Shown: in pieces, positions 31,925-42,091 of the stretch | Layout: the number at the start of each line of letters is the position of its first letter | Position numbering within the stretch: position 1 is the stretch's first letter | Source of the DNA: an uncultured Poribacteria bacterium | GTDB taxonomy: Bacteria > Poribacteria > WGA-4E > WGA-3G | Assembly: GCA_951813565.1 (NCBI GenBank) | Contig: OX638351.1 | Location: 4,352,001-4,416,000, forward strand | DNA: 64,000 bases | Direction: 5' to 3' | The notes under the pieces: model-generated | Databases searched by the model: none | What the model was told of the DNA's origin: nothing | What the model saw: only the letters and a program-made list of their open reading frames with translations | Position numbers and translations under genes: made by a program

Positions 31925-32533
31925 ATGCTTGAATTAGATGATGAATTGATGCAGCGTTTTCAAAAAGGCGATGAGGATGCGTTTAACCTTTTAGCACGCC
32001 GACATCAGCAGTCGTTAATCAATTTTATCGCCAGATTTACCGGCGATAAAGATAATGCTGAAGACTTGGCACAGGAGACGTTTATCCGCATGTATAAAGC
32101 GGCAGATCGTTACAAACCGGGTCGTGCTCAATTTAAAACATGGATGTATTTAATTGCAAAAAGGTTATGTATAAATGAAATTCGGAATAGAGGACGGCGA
32201 AATCGTTTTCGGGTTGATAATATGGCTACAAACGATAATACTTATAGGGAAAACGATGAACAAATTGACATCATCGCAACTGCGCCTGCAGATGCCGCTT
32301 TTCAACCTGAAGTTGCCCTGGAACGTAAGGAACTTCGCAACGCTATCCAAAAAGCGATCGCAGAATTACCGGAACAATATCGATTTCCACTTATCCTGCG
32401 GGACATCCAAGGATTAAGTTATGACGAAATCGGCAAAATACTTGAACTACGAAGTGGAACCACAAAATCGCGTATCAACAGAGCGCGATTAATGCTTAAA
32501 GACAAACTAAAACCATTTATGGAGTTATTATGA
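31925..32533 (+). CDS. ECF sigma factor (RpoE/SigW-like)
   Basis: AEDLAQETF, FKTW, GLSYDEI...GTTKSRINRAR. Confidence 0.93.
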   Translation: MLELDDELMQRFQKGDEDAFNLLARRHQQSLINFIARFTGDKDNAEDLAQETFIRMYKAADRYKPGRAQFKTWMYLIAKRLCINEIRNRGRRNRFRVDNMATNDNTYRENDEQIDIIATAPADAAFQPEVALERKELRNAIQKAIAELPEQYRFPLILRDIQGLSYDEIGKILELRSGTTKSRINRARLMLKDKLKPFMELL

Positions 32534-33087
32534 ACTGCTTACAAGCTGAAGAAAACTTTTCTGCACATCTTGAAGATGCGCTTGATTATCAAATGATACA
32601 ACGTTTTGAGTCTCACATTGCAGAGTGCACAACGTGCCAGCGTGAGTACGCTCGATTCAGCGAATCTGTCAAAGCATCACAACAATTGCCGCAGATTGAA
32701 CCGTCCCCCTATTTTATACCAACATTAAAACAACGCCTTGCCGAAGAACAACGAGGGACGCTTTCCTATTGGCAGCGGTTGCTGCATATTTTCAACATGC
32801 CCAAATGGGCTTTCAGTGGTATTATGGTATTACTTCTGATTACTGCTACTGTCACATTTCTGTACCATGATGATTTTTTCAATAGTGAAATCCCGCCATC
32901 AAATAAGCAGATAAGTACACAACGTCCTGGACTTTCTTCTGGATCGCCATCGATCAACAACCAATTTCTACCACGTGCTTCAGGAACATCTGATTTCCCA
33001 AGTGCGATTTCAACACAACCGACGCAAAAACACTATACCTTAAAGCGCGTCAGTTACACCACTGCATCAACCGGTGGAGGATTATAG
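32530..33087 (+). CDS. Zinc-binding transmembrane anti-sigma factor
   Basis: HIAECTTC (HxxxCxxC) plus a TM helix. Confidence 0.88.
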   Translation: MNCLQAEENFSAHLEDALDYQMIQRFESHIAECTTCQREYARFSESVKASQQLPQIEPSPYFIPTLKQRLAEEQRGTLSYWQRLLHIFNMPKWAFSGIMVLLLITATVTFLYHDDFFNSEIPPSNKQISTQRPGLSSGSPSINNQFLPRASGTSDFPSAISTQPTQKHYTLKRVSYTTASTGGGL

Positions 33088-33141
33088 TTCTCTGGTATGA
33101 ATATCTACAAGGCAGACAACTACTTTGGTGAGGATAAATAA

Positions 33142-34206
33142 ATGGTTCCCGAAAAATTAAAACAGAATCAAAAAATAAACGCGAAATTTTCTATTCTTTA
33201 CAAACTACTTGGTATAAGTACGTTTATTTTTCTCATCTGTGTCATAACACCAAGTTTTGGGCAGGAAAATGTGTTACAGCTGCTTGAAAAAGAATTCAAA
33301 AAAATTGTCACCACTGCCCGTCCTGTTGTTGTCAAAGTTATTGCATCACAGAATACACCGGCACAATTACCTCCCGACATAAGGAAAATATTTCCCAGCG
33401 AAAACATCAGTTCTGGCATTATTCTTGATAAGGAAGGACACATTGCTACAACTACTTTTGATATGGTGCCCAGCAAGATTGAAGTTGTCTTCAATAATAA
33501 CAAAAAAGTTCCAGCAAAAATCATCGGGATGGACGATCTGACCGATCTTGTTGTGCTTAAGACGGATAACAAATTACCTATGCAAGTAAAAAAAGGAGAT
33601 TCCGATAAAATTGGCATGGGTTCATGGGTTTTTACAATTGGGAGTTCGCAGGGCGAACATCCAATCATCTCGTTCGGTATTGTAAGCGGACGGGAAACCT
33701 TGCCCGCGCACCCTTGTGCCGAACTTATCAAAATTAATGTACCTGTTTCACCCGGTAACAGCGGTGGCGCAATTGTAAACACTTCGGGCGAAATCGTTGG
33801 CATGATTCTCGCTGTACTTACTGAACCGAACGAGTTTAACCCACTTCAATTACCGATGCAGATGTGGAATAGTCAGAACATTACTTTTGCCGTGCCGATT
33901 GAAACAGTTAAATCTGTCGCCACTAAAATCATAAAACATGGCAAGGTACCACGGGGTTGGCTTGGTGTTGATATTGAAATAAGTAATTTTGGTGTTTTTG
34001 TTACGCGTGTCGTAAAAAACAGTCCTGCCCACAAAAGTGGGCTTTTACCAAGAGATATAATTCTCGAATTCAATAACGCGCCTGTAAAAAACTATACTGA
34101 ACTTCGTAGACGTGTCGGAACCGCATCACCAAATACAGAAGTTATCCTAAAAATTCATAGAAATGGGAGCGAGCAAAACTATACTATCAAACTGGGGGAA
34201 CGGTAG
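33142..34206 (+). CDS. HtrA/DegS-like trypsin-PDZ protein
   Basis: TDLVVLK, PGNSGG, RGWLGV PDZ; the TNxHV His is not seen. Confidence 0.88.
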   Translation: MVPEKLKQNQKINAKFSILYKLLGISTFIFLICVITPSFGQENVLQLLEKEFKKIVTTARPVVVKVIASQNTPAQLPPDIRKIFPSENISSGIILDKEGHIATTTFDMVPSKIEVVFNNNKKVPAKIIGMDDLTDLVVLKTDNKLPMQVKKGDSDKIGMGSWVFTIGSSQGEHPIISFGIVSGRETLPAHPCAELIKINVPVSPGNSGGAIVNTSGEIVGMILAVLTEPNEFNPLQLPMQMWNSQNITFAVPIETVKSVATKIIKHGKVPRGWLGVDIEISNFGVFVTRVVKNSPAHKSGLLPRDIILEFNNAPVKNYTELRRRVGTASPNTEVILKIHRNGSEQNYTIKLGER

Positions 34207-34216
34207 TGTTTATGTG

Positions 34217-35278
34217 CTACTTTAATCGGTTAAACTCCTTTAGGTATGCTTGTGCAATGTCTTTGTTTCTCTTGATTATCAGTAAGTTTTCACTGTTTTG
34301 CTCCTCAGCTCTTTTAGAAAAGTTATACGAACCGGTAATAACAGTCTCCTCATCAATTAGTATCACTTTGTGATGCATAGTTCCAGGACCGTCATCCGAA
34401 ATTACCGGAATTCCTGCATTCTTCATTGACTCGTATTCCGAATGCTCATCAATTTGCCTTTCTTCAAACACGCCTTCCACCGGAATACCTTTTTTATATC
34501 GATCCCGCATTGCATTCCCAAGTTTATCATGTGTAAACGAAAACGCCATAAAATAAATTGACTTTTTTGCTGATTTAATCTCTTTTAGTAGGGGAGAAAT
34601 CGTGTCGTTTTCTGGCGCAAAATAGGTTGAAATTTGTGTGCCATCGTTAAGGGTAATATGTGGAAATGGAATATGCGGATCCGATGACCTATCCATTTCT
34701 GCTAAGATATACATCTCCCGAAATTCCTGTGTGAAGTTATACGCAAGCGGCTCCGAATCAATCCAAATGACGTTATTATTGTTCTTATAAGCGCCGTTAT
34801 AGGTGGCATTATACGAGCCTGTCCAGACATATCGTTCGTCAATCACGATAAATTTGTGATGCATATAACCTTCATTACCCTCATCGTCACGCACAGGAAT
34901 TCCTGCCTTTTCTAATCGCCCAATTTCCCCCCGATCTACATTATCGAACTCAGTGAAAACCCGTACATTTATGCCTCGGCCATGCGCGCCAATTAAAGCA
35001 TCCGCTATTGTTTTAGAATCCAAATCATACAGCGCTGCGTCAACCCGTTCTTTTGCAGAACCGAGTTTTGCAACAAGACGTTTCTCCAACGAAAAAGGAC
35101 TGTTGACAGCACCGACTTCGCTGAAATATACCTCCCACGCTCGTTCCTCAGTTGTGTGGGGTTTACCTTTGAAATGTCGGATTGCGAAGCCGATCGCAAC
35201 AGCAACCATTAAAATGAGAAAAAACGGGATAAACCGTGAATTCCTGCTCTTTGGCGGCGCTGGTGAAGCATTATTCAT
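34217..35278 (-). CDS. Phospholipase D-family protein
   Basis: Two HKD motifs (HHKFIVID, HHKVILID), each followed by TGSYN. Confidence 0.92.
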   Translation of the reverse strand: MNNASPAPPKSRNSRFIPFFLILMVAVAIGFAIRHFKGKPHTTEERAWEVYFSEVGAVNSPFSLEKRLVAKLGSAKERVDAALYDLDSKTIADALIGAHGRGINVRVFTEFDNVDRGEIGRLEKAGIPVRDDEGNEGYMHHKFIVIDERYVWTGSYNATYNGAYKNNNNVIWIDSEPLAYNFTQEFREMYILAEMDRSSDPHIPFPHITLNDGTQISTYFAPENDTISPLLKEIKSAKKSIYFMAFSFTHDKLGNAMRDRYKKGIPVEGVFEERQIDEHSEYESMKNAGIPVISDDGPGTMHHKVILIDEETVITGSYNFSKRAEEQNSENLLIIKRNKDIAQAYLKEFNRLK

Positions 35279-35296
35279 ATCTGTATGACTCCATCA

Positions 35297-36187
35297 TTAA
35301 ACGCCCCATCTACGCCGTGATTCTGCTAACGACTCGATTTTGGCATCTTTCTGCTTCCAAGCGTAATGTCCTTTCGGATTTTTCCCAATCCACCGTTCAT
35401 CAATCGCTTCAGCAGCAAGTTGATAACGGGTATCTGCTGTAATTCGAATTTTGTCAGATGTATTGACGAGCGAAGCATGCATCAGAAACATGCTGAAAAT
35501 GATAACGTCTCCAACCGAAAACGATGTCGTTGCCCAGTGTCCACCAAATTTCTCGATAATCTCAAGCGGGTTATCACTAAAATGTCCCTCAATTAGATCG
35601 TGATCAACATCTGCCTGCCCGTATGTTTCCCGAACCTTTTCAAATCGGTTGGAGCCGAGACAGAATACAATCGGCCCCATATCCAAAGAAACATCGCCAA
35701 AAGGGGTCCAGCAGGAATAGAGGTTTTGTGTCCCTCTACCCATAAAGACAATATCGTAATGAATAGGCGAACCTGATCCAGGACCAGCGGTACGGAGCCA
35801 TTTGAAGTCAAATGTTCGCGCATCACCACCGAGAAAATGCTTGAAAAAATCCATTATCGGTTGTCCTTCAACAACTGCTTTAAATGCTGGCAGCTGGGTC
35901 AACGCTTTATTTCCCATTGACCCAGTTGATGTCGGTTCTGGATAATCTGGGTTGAAGATACCCTCCATCAACGGTGTTTCGGGTGCAAGCATCCTTTTTG
36001 TTGCCAATTTTTCCAAAATTGCTTGACGTGCAGCAAGCACTGTCTTTTTGTCGTGTAGTCCACGGATCAATAGATATCCATCTTCTGCAATACGTTCATG
36101 TAACGCATCTGGATTGTCAAGGATGTCATTACTCTCTCGCAAATCGGTGCTAACCTCTACCTCTTGGTGCAAAAAGGGTAGTTTCAT
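35297..36187 (-). CDS. Phytanoyl-CoA dioxygenase (PhyH) family
   Basis: DGYLLIRG, HYD, GDVIIF...HAS, R..DTRY. Confidence 0.88.
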   Translation of the reverse strand: MKLPFLHQEVEVSTDLRESNDILDNPDALHERIAEDGYLLIRGLHDKKTVLAARQAILEKLATKRMLAPETPLMEGIFNPDYPEPTSTGSMGNKALTQLPAFKAVVEGQPIMDFFKHFLGGDARTFDFKWLRTAGPGSGSPIHYDIVFMGRGTQNLYSCWTPFGDVSLDMGPIVFCLGSNRFEKVRETYGQADVDHDLIEGHFSDNPLEIIEKFGGHWATTSFSVGDVIIFSMFLMHASLVNTSDKIRITADTRYQLAAEAIDERWIGKNPKGHYAWKQKDAKIESLAESRRRWGV

Positions 36188-36188
36188 C

Positions 36189-38219
36189 TTATTTCCTCAC
36201 TTCCGATGGCGGTGGTTCCTTCAACCACGCGTAGTTAAACCGATAATGTTGTTTACTGCTAATCAGATGGACGATGCCATTCTGACCTTGGCATACAGCG
36301 AGATATCCACCAGGTTCAGCACTATTTAATCCCATTATAAAGGGTCTTCCATCCATTGTTTCAATTTCTCGGTCAGGTCCATCATCTGAAATCAGACGTA
36401 TTTGGGACCAGGTTTCCCCATCATTATAAGAGAGTGCACCGAAAAGTCCCGTTACCAGTCGTTCGCTTCCAGATGCGTCGACAATTGGCATTGTTTCAGG
36501 TGTTTTACGGCTGCCTGTAAAAGATGCAAGAAAAATCGGTCCCTCCTGAAGTCGCAAAAATACGCACCTTTGCCCACCCGAAACAACAGGAAAAGGACTC
36601 GCGCTGTAATGCCAAGTTTTACCGCCATCTTCAGAAACACTTTTTGGCATACAACCATTAATCGTATCACCTCGACCATACGCCATGAGTCTACCATCAG
36701 ACAACTCCACTACAGCAGCATGTATCCCAGCAATCCACCCTCCGCTTTTTCCTGCTGCAAATTCCGGAATAGGTTGTCCTGCCCCTGGATCGTACCACGT
36801 TTCTCCATCATCGCCGCTTAACCATATCGCAGTACCGCCGTTTCCACCGGTCACTGCATCACATGCAAGGAGGATTGAGCCATTCTGTCTTCGGAAAACA
36901 GAGGCGATCGGCATGTGTCGGAGACGATGTTCAGGTGAGATAAAGCGTGGCTTTGACCATGTTGTGCAGTTATCGTCAGAGTAGCGCATTATCAATGCTA
37001 AAGGTCCCCACGTCGCTGCTGCGGAAAGACCGTTGAAATGATAAATTCGTCCGTTCTCATTACACCACAGAGAGGTCGCGTGATTATTCCGATCAGGCGG
37101 TCCCCAAAACGGTTCGGCAACTTCCCATTTCGATTCACCAAAACGCAACCGGCTTGCTGCCAGCGTTAACTCACGTCCTCGTTCTGTTACACACGAATAC
37201 CATGCTGCAAACATATCTCCGTTTGGGCATTCCACAATCGCAGGCACGTGGTTATGTCTTGAAAAAAGCGGTCCGTTAGAATCTTCTGGAATTCGGACAA
37301 ACGGTATTGGATCAGCAAAATACGGCACAGTAGTAGGCACACTCCGCTGTTCCGTAACCTGTTTGACATCACGCCCCCATAACGCTGCCTTCGGAGCTGG
37401 TAAATGCGTAGAGGTCTCTGGCATCTCCCCACAAACAACGCGAAATCCGATGTACCAGTGTTTATCTTCAGGTACGGCCCCCATCCGATTTGCTGAACGC
37501 AAATAGCACAGCAGCGTTGAATGGCTTCCCCCTCGTGTCACACGGTAAAGTCCTTCTGTCCTTCCAATCGGATCAACTTGTGGGTCTGATTCATAAGGTC
37601 CATACCAATCTTGGCACCACTCCTCGACGTTCCCATGCATGTCGTATACGCCCCATGCATTCGGTGATGTTTTGCCAACGTGCAAAGGTACGATTTCCTC
37701 TGCACCTTCGCTCCGCCCTATATCCGGATACCAACTCTCCCCAACGTTTTTATGAAATTCATCGGGTAAGGTATCACCTGTATGGAAATGTGTTGTTGTG
37801 CCTGCGCGGCAGGTATATTCCCATTCTGCTTCGGTTGGCAACCGATAAGGTAACCCTTCTTTCTCAGATAGCCATTCACAAAAACGGGTCGCATCGTGCC
37901 AATCCACAAAAACAACGGCTTCATCATCGTCCTGTGAGAAGCCTAATTTTCCGCGTAACTTACTATGAGCAGATTGAAATTCTTCATATTGCGCGTTCGT
38001 TACCTGAAAAATGCCGATGTAAAACGGTGTGCTGAGTGTGACTTGATGCACCGGTTGTTCATCCCAATCACCATCTCGCAGATAGTCTTTACCAGCTATT
38101 AATTCATCTGCAAGATTTGCAGTTGCCGAACCCATCGTAAAAGTACCAGGTTCAATTCTAACAAACTGCATGCCGATTGAATTGGTATAAGTCTTTCCCT
38201 GAATTGCCTGTTGTTGCAT
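36189..38219 (-). CDS. FGE/SUMF1-domain plus BNR/sialidase-like propeller fusion
   Basis: RLPTEAEWEY, YDMHGNVEEW, IGFRVV; Asp-boxes SDDNCTTW, SEDGGKTW, SYNDGETW. Confidence 0.88.
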   Translation of the reverse strand: MQQQAIQGKTYTNSIGMQFVRIEPGTFTMGSATANLADELIAGKDYLRDGDWDEQPVHQVTLSTPFYIGIFQVTNAQYEEFQSAHSKLRGKLGFSQDDDEAVVFVDWHDATRFCEWLSEKEGLPYRLPTEAEWEYTCRAGTTTHFHTGDTLPDEFHKNVGESWYPDIGRSEGAEEIVPLHVGKTSPNAWGVYDMHGNVEEWCQDWYGPYESDPQVDPIGRTEGLYRVTRGGSHSTLLCYLRSANRMGAVPEDKHWYIGFRVVCGEMPETSTHLPAPKAALWGRDVKQVTEQRSVPTTVPYFADPIPFVRIPEDSNGPLFSRHNHVPAIVECPNGDMFAAWYSCVTERGRELTLAASRLRFGESKWEVAEPFWGPPDRNNHATSLWCNENGRIYHFNGLSAAATWGPLALIMRYSDDNCTTWSKPRFISPEHRLRHMPIASVFRRQNGSILLACDAVTGGNGGTAIWLSGDDGETWYDPGAGQPIPEFAAGKSGGWIAGIHAAVVELSDGRLMAYGRGDTINGCMPKSVSEDGGKTWHYSASPFPVVSGGQRCVFLRLQEGPIFLASFTGSRKTPETMPIVDASGSERLVTGLFGALSYNDGETWSQIRLISDDGPDREIETMDGRPFIMGLNSAEPGGYLAVCQGQNGIVHLISSKQHYRFNYAWLKEPPPSEVRK

Positions 38220-38252
38220 AATATTCTCGTTTCGTATTTGTTTCTGTCAGGA

Positions 38253-38281
38253 TTATAGCACACTTTAGGGAAATAGGCAAG
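38253..38281 (-). promoter_or_regulatory. Putative sigma70 promoter of the FGE-PhyH-PLD operon
   Basis: Minus strand reads TTGCCT-N17-TATAAT with extended TG. Confidence 0.6.
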
Positions 38282-38388
38282 TTTAGGTGTGGAAGGGGGT
38301 GTGTAAAGTTTTTGTAGAAATCCGCACAACTCCTATTGTAGGGGCGGGTCTCCGGGGAATGCCTTTTGGCATTCCCCGGGACCCCGCC

Positions 38389-38590
38389 CATAGGCGTCAA
38401 TTTAAGCACACAATTACCAGATTGCCTCTTGTGGGAGGGCTTTATAAGCCCGATTTATATGTATTTATCGGGGTTGAAAACCCGACAAATGCCAAAAAGC
38501 GCATTTGGCGTTGATTTGGCAGCATGCCAAACGCGCATGCTGCGTTGATTCACTCCCACAAGAGGGTATATCCTTAAATTGACGGCTATG
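38389..38590. mobile_element. IS231-like (IS4 family) MITE
   Basis: TIRs CATAGGCGTCAATTTAAG and CTTAAATTGACGGCTATG. Confidence 0.7.
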
Positions 38591-38650
38591 GTGCAGTTAG
38601 GAAACCGCACCTACCTGTGATGTGCACATGTTTTTTGATTTTACTATAAA

Positions 38651-38811
38651 AACGTGAGTTTGATAAATAGTTAGGATTTCTACATTTCCTCTTAAAGTCC
38701 TCTGATAAGGGGGATTTAGGGGTTAAAAACACCAAAATAACGATTTTTTCAGCAAATATGCCCGTTCTCTGTTCAATTTTTGCCTGTCCAGTTAATTATC
38801 AAACTCACGTT
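38651..38811. mobile_element. MITE
   Basis: TIRs AACGTGAGTTTGATAA and TTATCAAACTCACGTT; the same ends bound 43275-43773. Confidence 0.7.
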
Positions 38812-39100
38812 ATAAAACCACTTTAATGTGGTATATTATACCCTTAATTATAAAGATGTAATCTTTTGAGCAAAAAGTTGCATAATTTGGACATGGAAAT
38901 CGAGGAATAGGTTGTCAAGAAGCAGCAAAATTTCACTTAAGAAATTCCTTGACATTTTCTAATTCTTTTGGTATTCTTAATAACGGGAGTCGCACTTTGG
39001 AATGTTTGATTTTTCTTGATGTCCGAACCGTGCTCCCTTAGAATTTGGAAAAACACAATAATAATAATGAACATTATCAAAATTTCAATGAGGTATATAC

Positions 39101-39892
39101 ATGAGATTCTGGGCAAAAAATTATAGAATACTAACCAACATTACAATGTGTGTTATATTGTTCACTGTTTTTTTCACAATCGAGATTTGTTCTGCAAATG
39201 ATCTTGTTTTGCACCTCTCTTTTGATGAGATGAAAGGAGACGTTGCAGAAGACCTCTCTGAATTTGGTAATGATGCAACCTTCAAAGGTAAAACCCAATT
39301 GGTTGATGGGAAGTTTGGAAAAGCACTTGAATTTGATGGCGCATCTTGGGGAGAAGTAGCTGACCACGACAGTCTGCATGTTGTGGATGGTATAACTGTT
39401 GAATTTTGGGCAAATTTACGGCCAAGTGCTGGTGGACCAGGTAGTGATGTACAAACCGGTGTTGAAAAAGGCTCTACGTGGAAAGCAGGACTGTTTACGC
39501 TCGCTGCATGGTACCGTGGCGGTTCGCTCCTTCAATTTTTCGACTTACCTGATAATTGTCGCGAACATAATATTGGTGACAATATACAAGATGAAACTTG
39601 GCACTTTCTTGCAGGCACGTGGGATGGTACCACAATCAAGTTGTATATTGATGGTGAACTCAATAAAGAATTGGAATGTAAGGGAAAACTTACTGCTAAC
39701 AATGATCCTCTTTTTATTGGTGCACGCGGGGGAAATCAACGTTTTGTCAACGGTGCCCTTGACGAAATAAAAATATATGACTATGCGTTAACCGAGGATG
39801 AACTCAGAATAGATATGGAAAATCCTAATGCGGCAGATGTTCTTCCTCAAGATAAATTAACAACAACATGGGCGCGTATCAAAACAAGATAA
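39101..39892 (+). CDS. Secreted LamG/concanavalin A-like protein
   Basis: GKFGKALEFDG, WHFLAGTWDG...LYIDG, GALDEIKIY, C-terminal DKLTTTWARIK. Confidence 0.88.
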   Translation: MRFWAKNYRILTNITMCVILFTVFFTIEICSANDLVLHLSFDEMKGDVAEDLSEFGNDATFKGKTQLVDGKFGKALEFDGASWGEVADHDSLHVVDGITVEFWANLRPSAGGPGSDVQTGVEKGSTWKAGLFTLAAWYRGGSLLQFFDLPDNCREHNIGDNIQDETWHFLAGTWDGTTIKLYIDGELNKELECKGKLTANNDPLFIGARGGNQRFVNGALDEIKIYDYALTEDELRIDMENPNAADVLPQDKLTTTWARIKTR

Positions 39893-39914
39893 TTGATACA
39901 GTAAAGGAAAATTG

Positions 39915-40475
39915 ATGAAAACATTGGCGTATCTATTACCAGCATTAATTATTTCACAAACCTTAACGGGTTGCGCACTCCCTTTTGGCAAAGAGCCTAA
40001 GGAGCCAGTTGCAGTCGTTACAACTGAAAATGGTACATTCGTGATTGAGTTCTATACAGAGTCTGCCCCTATGGCAGTAGAAAACTTCAAAAAATTGATT
40101 AAACAGAAGTTCTACGATGGATTAACATTTCATCGAATAGTTAACGCACCCGGTTTGAATATTGTTCAAGGAGGATGTCCAAAAGGGGATGGGACAGGTG
40201 GTCCCGGTTGGACTATTCAGGACGAGTACACGAATCCGAATCAGCGGAAACACATGAGGGGCACGGTGGCGATGGCACGAGCAAATATGCCAAATTCTGC
40301 CGGAAGCCAGTTCTATATCTGTCTCAAACCACAGCCTCATCTTGATGGACAATATACCACTTTCGGTGGCGTCATTCAAGGGATGGAGGTCGTCGATTTC
40401 TTGCAGATGGGCGATGTCATAACTAAAATCCGATTGGAGGCGAAGTCAAAATATGTTAAGGCAGCAGAAAATTAA
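39915..40475 (+). CDS. Cyclophilin-type PPIase lipoprotein
   Basis: FYDGLTFHRI, QGG, VAMA, GSQFYI, HLDGQYTTFG. Confidence 0.93.
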   Translation: MKTLAYLLPALIISQTLTGCALPFGKEPKEPVAVVTTENGTFVIEFYTESAPMAVENFKKLIKQKFYDGLTFHRIVNAPGLNIVQGGCPKGDGTGGPGWTIQDEYTNPNQRKHMRGTVAMARANMPNSAGSQFYICLKPQPHLDGQYTTFGGVIQGMEVVDFLQMGDVITKIRLEAKSKYVKAAEN

Positions 40476-41091
40476 TCAATTCCCCGTCTTAATTTTGGTA
40501 TTAGCGTGTCTATTTGTAATATTTGTGTCCGGTTGTGCTCAGCAAGATCAGAAATCATCTGAGTCGACGACACAGCAGACAGAAACCGAAACAACTACTC
40601 CACAAGAGGTTATTAAACCCGCAGTAGATAGTGAAAAAACTGAGTCTGAAACCACGCCAATGATTGACGCTGCGAATGCAATCGCGGTAATTGAAACGGC
40701 AAAAGGTAATATCGAATTTGAATTTTACGCGACCGATGCACCACAAACCTCAAAGAGTTTCGTCAAAAACGCAAATCTTGGATATTACCGAGGCGAGGAT
40801 TTTCATACTGTTGAGGAACTTTTTATACAAGCCGGTTCCACTTTTGTTGATGAGACACTCCCAATTGAAAAAAGTGGCCATAGACTCGAAAAGGGCGTTG
40901 TGCTAATGGCAAAGGAACCGGGCGCAAGTGTCTCTGATGCAGGTGAATTCTTTATCTGCAAGGATGCTATCGCATTAGATGAAGACTATACTACACTCGG
41001 AAAAGTTATCAAAGGTTTAGAGGTTTTAGACAGTATTGAAAAGAATGATAAAATTGTGAATATCACAATTCGCGAACGCGATAAAGAGTAA
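40453..41091 (+). CDS. Degenerate cyclophilin-like lipoprotein
   Basis: Lipobox VSGC; ETAKGNIEFE, FHTV, EFFIC, YTTLGKV. Confidence 0.8.
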   Translation: MLRQQKINQFPVLILVLACLFVIFVSGCAQQDQKSSESTTQQTETETTTPQEVIKPAVDSEKTESETTPMIDAANAIAVIETAKGNIEFEFYATDAPQTSKSFVKNANLGYYRGEDFHTVEELFIQAGSTFVDETLPIEKSGHRLEKGVVLMAKEPGASVSDAGEFFICKDAIALDEDYTTLGKVIKGLEVLDSIEKNDKIVNITIRERDKE

Positions 41092-41095
41092 GAAT

Positions 41096-41130
41096 TTGGG
41101 CGATTGAGCAATAATGCTGAGATCGCCCAA
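41096..41130 (+). terminator. Intergenic stem-loop (possible terminator or stabiliser)
   Basis: TTGGGCGAT...ATCGCCCAA; no strong U-tract. Confidence 0.35.
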
Positions 41131-41154
41131 TCTCAAAGCTGCAAGGAGAATTGA

Positions 41155-41523
41155 ATGGCGTTAACAGTTATTCGGACAGCACGTCCGAGTCCAGTATGGC
41201 AAGAAAGTTATGTACGCGTGAAAAAAGGACAACGGCTTGTAATTGATGCTGATGGCGCATGGTCGCCGGACCTGCAAAATCGTACGGGATGGTGCGGTGC
41301 CGACGGTGTTGCTAAAACTCCTGGTGGTGATAATTATCTTCTTCCGGGGACCAATATTGGAGCCCTTATCGCCAAAATAGGGAGTGCCGTTTTTGCTATT
41401 GGTTCACGCTACGATAATCCTGCCCCCGCAGACGGTGTTATTTTTTTGGCTATGAACGAGAATCCTAACAATAACAACCAAGCGGGAAGCCTACTCGCAC
41501 AAATTATTGTTTTTGACGAATAA
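41155..41523 (+). CDS. LecA/PA-IL-like small beta-sandwich protein
   Basis: G-x-W...GADG...GALIAKIG...G.IFLAMNE...GS pattern. Confidence 0.55.
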   Translation: MALTVIRTARPSPVWQESYVRVKKGQRLVIDADGAWSPDLQNRTGWCGADGVAKTPGGDNYLLPGTNIGALIAKIGSAVFAIGSRYDNPAPADGVIFLAMNENPNNNNQAGSLLAQIIVFDE

Positions 41524-41605
41524 TTTTGTTAAATCCACAAAAAGAATTTCATAAGATTTCCGATAAAATATATCGGAATCATTGCGTCGAATCAGGAGAA
41601 GTTAA

Positions 41606-42016
41606 ATGGAAGAAACCGCCACCCAGGAAGATGTACAACTTCCCCCTGTTGATTTTGTATCTTTTATCTCTGATCTGATTACAACCGCACATCTTTACCT
41701 TCAAGGATTCCGCGATCCAGAAACAGAAAAAGTCATTGTCAATCTTGGTTTAGCAAAACGAATGATCGATACCTTAGAGATGTTAGAAAAAAAAACAAAA
41801 GGAAACTTAACCGCCCCTGAATCCAATTTTTTAGCAAATTCTCTCTATGATTTGCGAATGGGGTATGTTCGAGTTGCCAATAGTCAACAGGATACACCTG
41901 AACAGGGCGAATCAGAGGATGCACCTGAACAGGATACACCAAACGAGAACAACACTTCAACAGAAACGGAACAAAGACAGCAAGCAACAAACGGAGAAGA
42001 AAACACTGATTCCTGA
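41606..42016 (+). CDS. DUF1844 protein
   Basis: AKRMIDTLEMLEKKTKGNL...LRMGYV. Confidence 0.85.
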   Translation: MEETATQEDVQLPPVDFVSFISDLITTAHLYLQGFRDPETEKVIVNLGLAKRMIDTLEMLEKKTKGNLTAPESNFLANSLYDLRMGYVRVANSQQDTPEQGESEDAPEQDTPNENNTSTETEQRQQATNGEENTDS

Positions 42017-42091
42017 CCATGTTAGGTCATCAGATCTTATACACCGAAGCCTTACGGAACTTTCCCATAGGCTGCATCACAACGGAGGATA

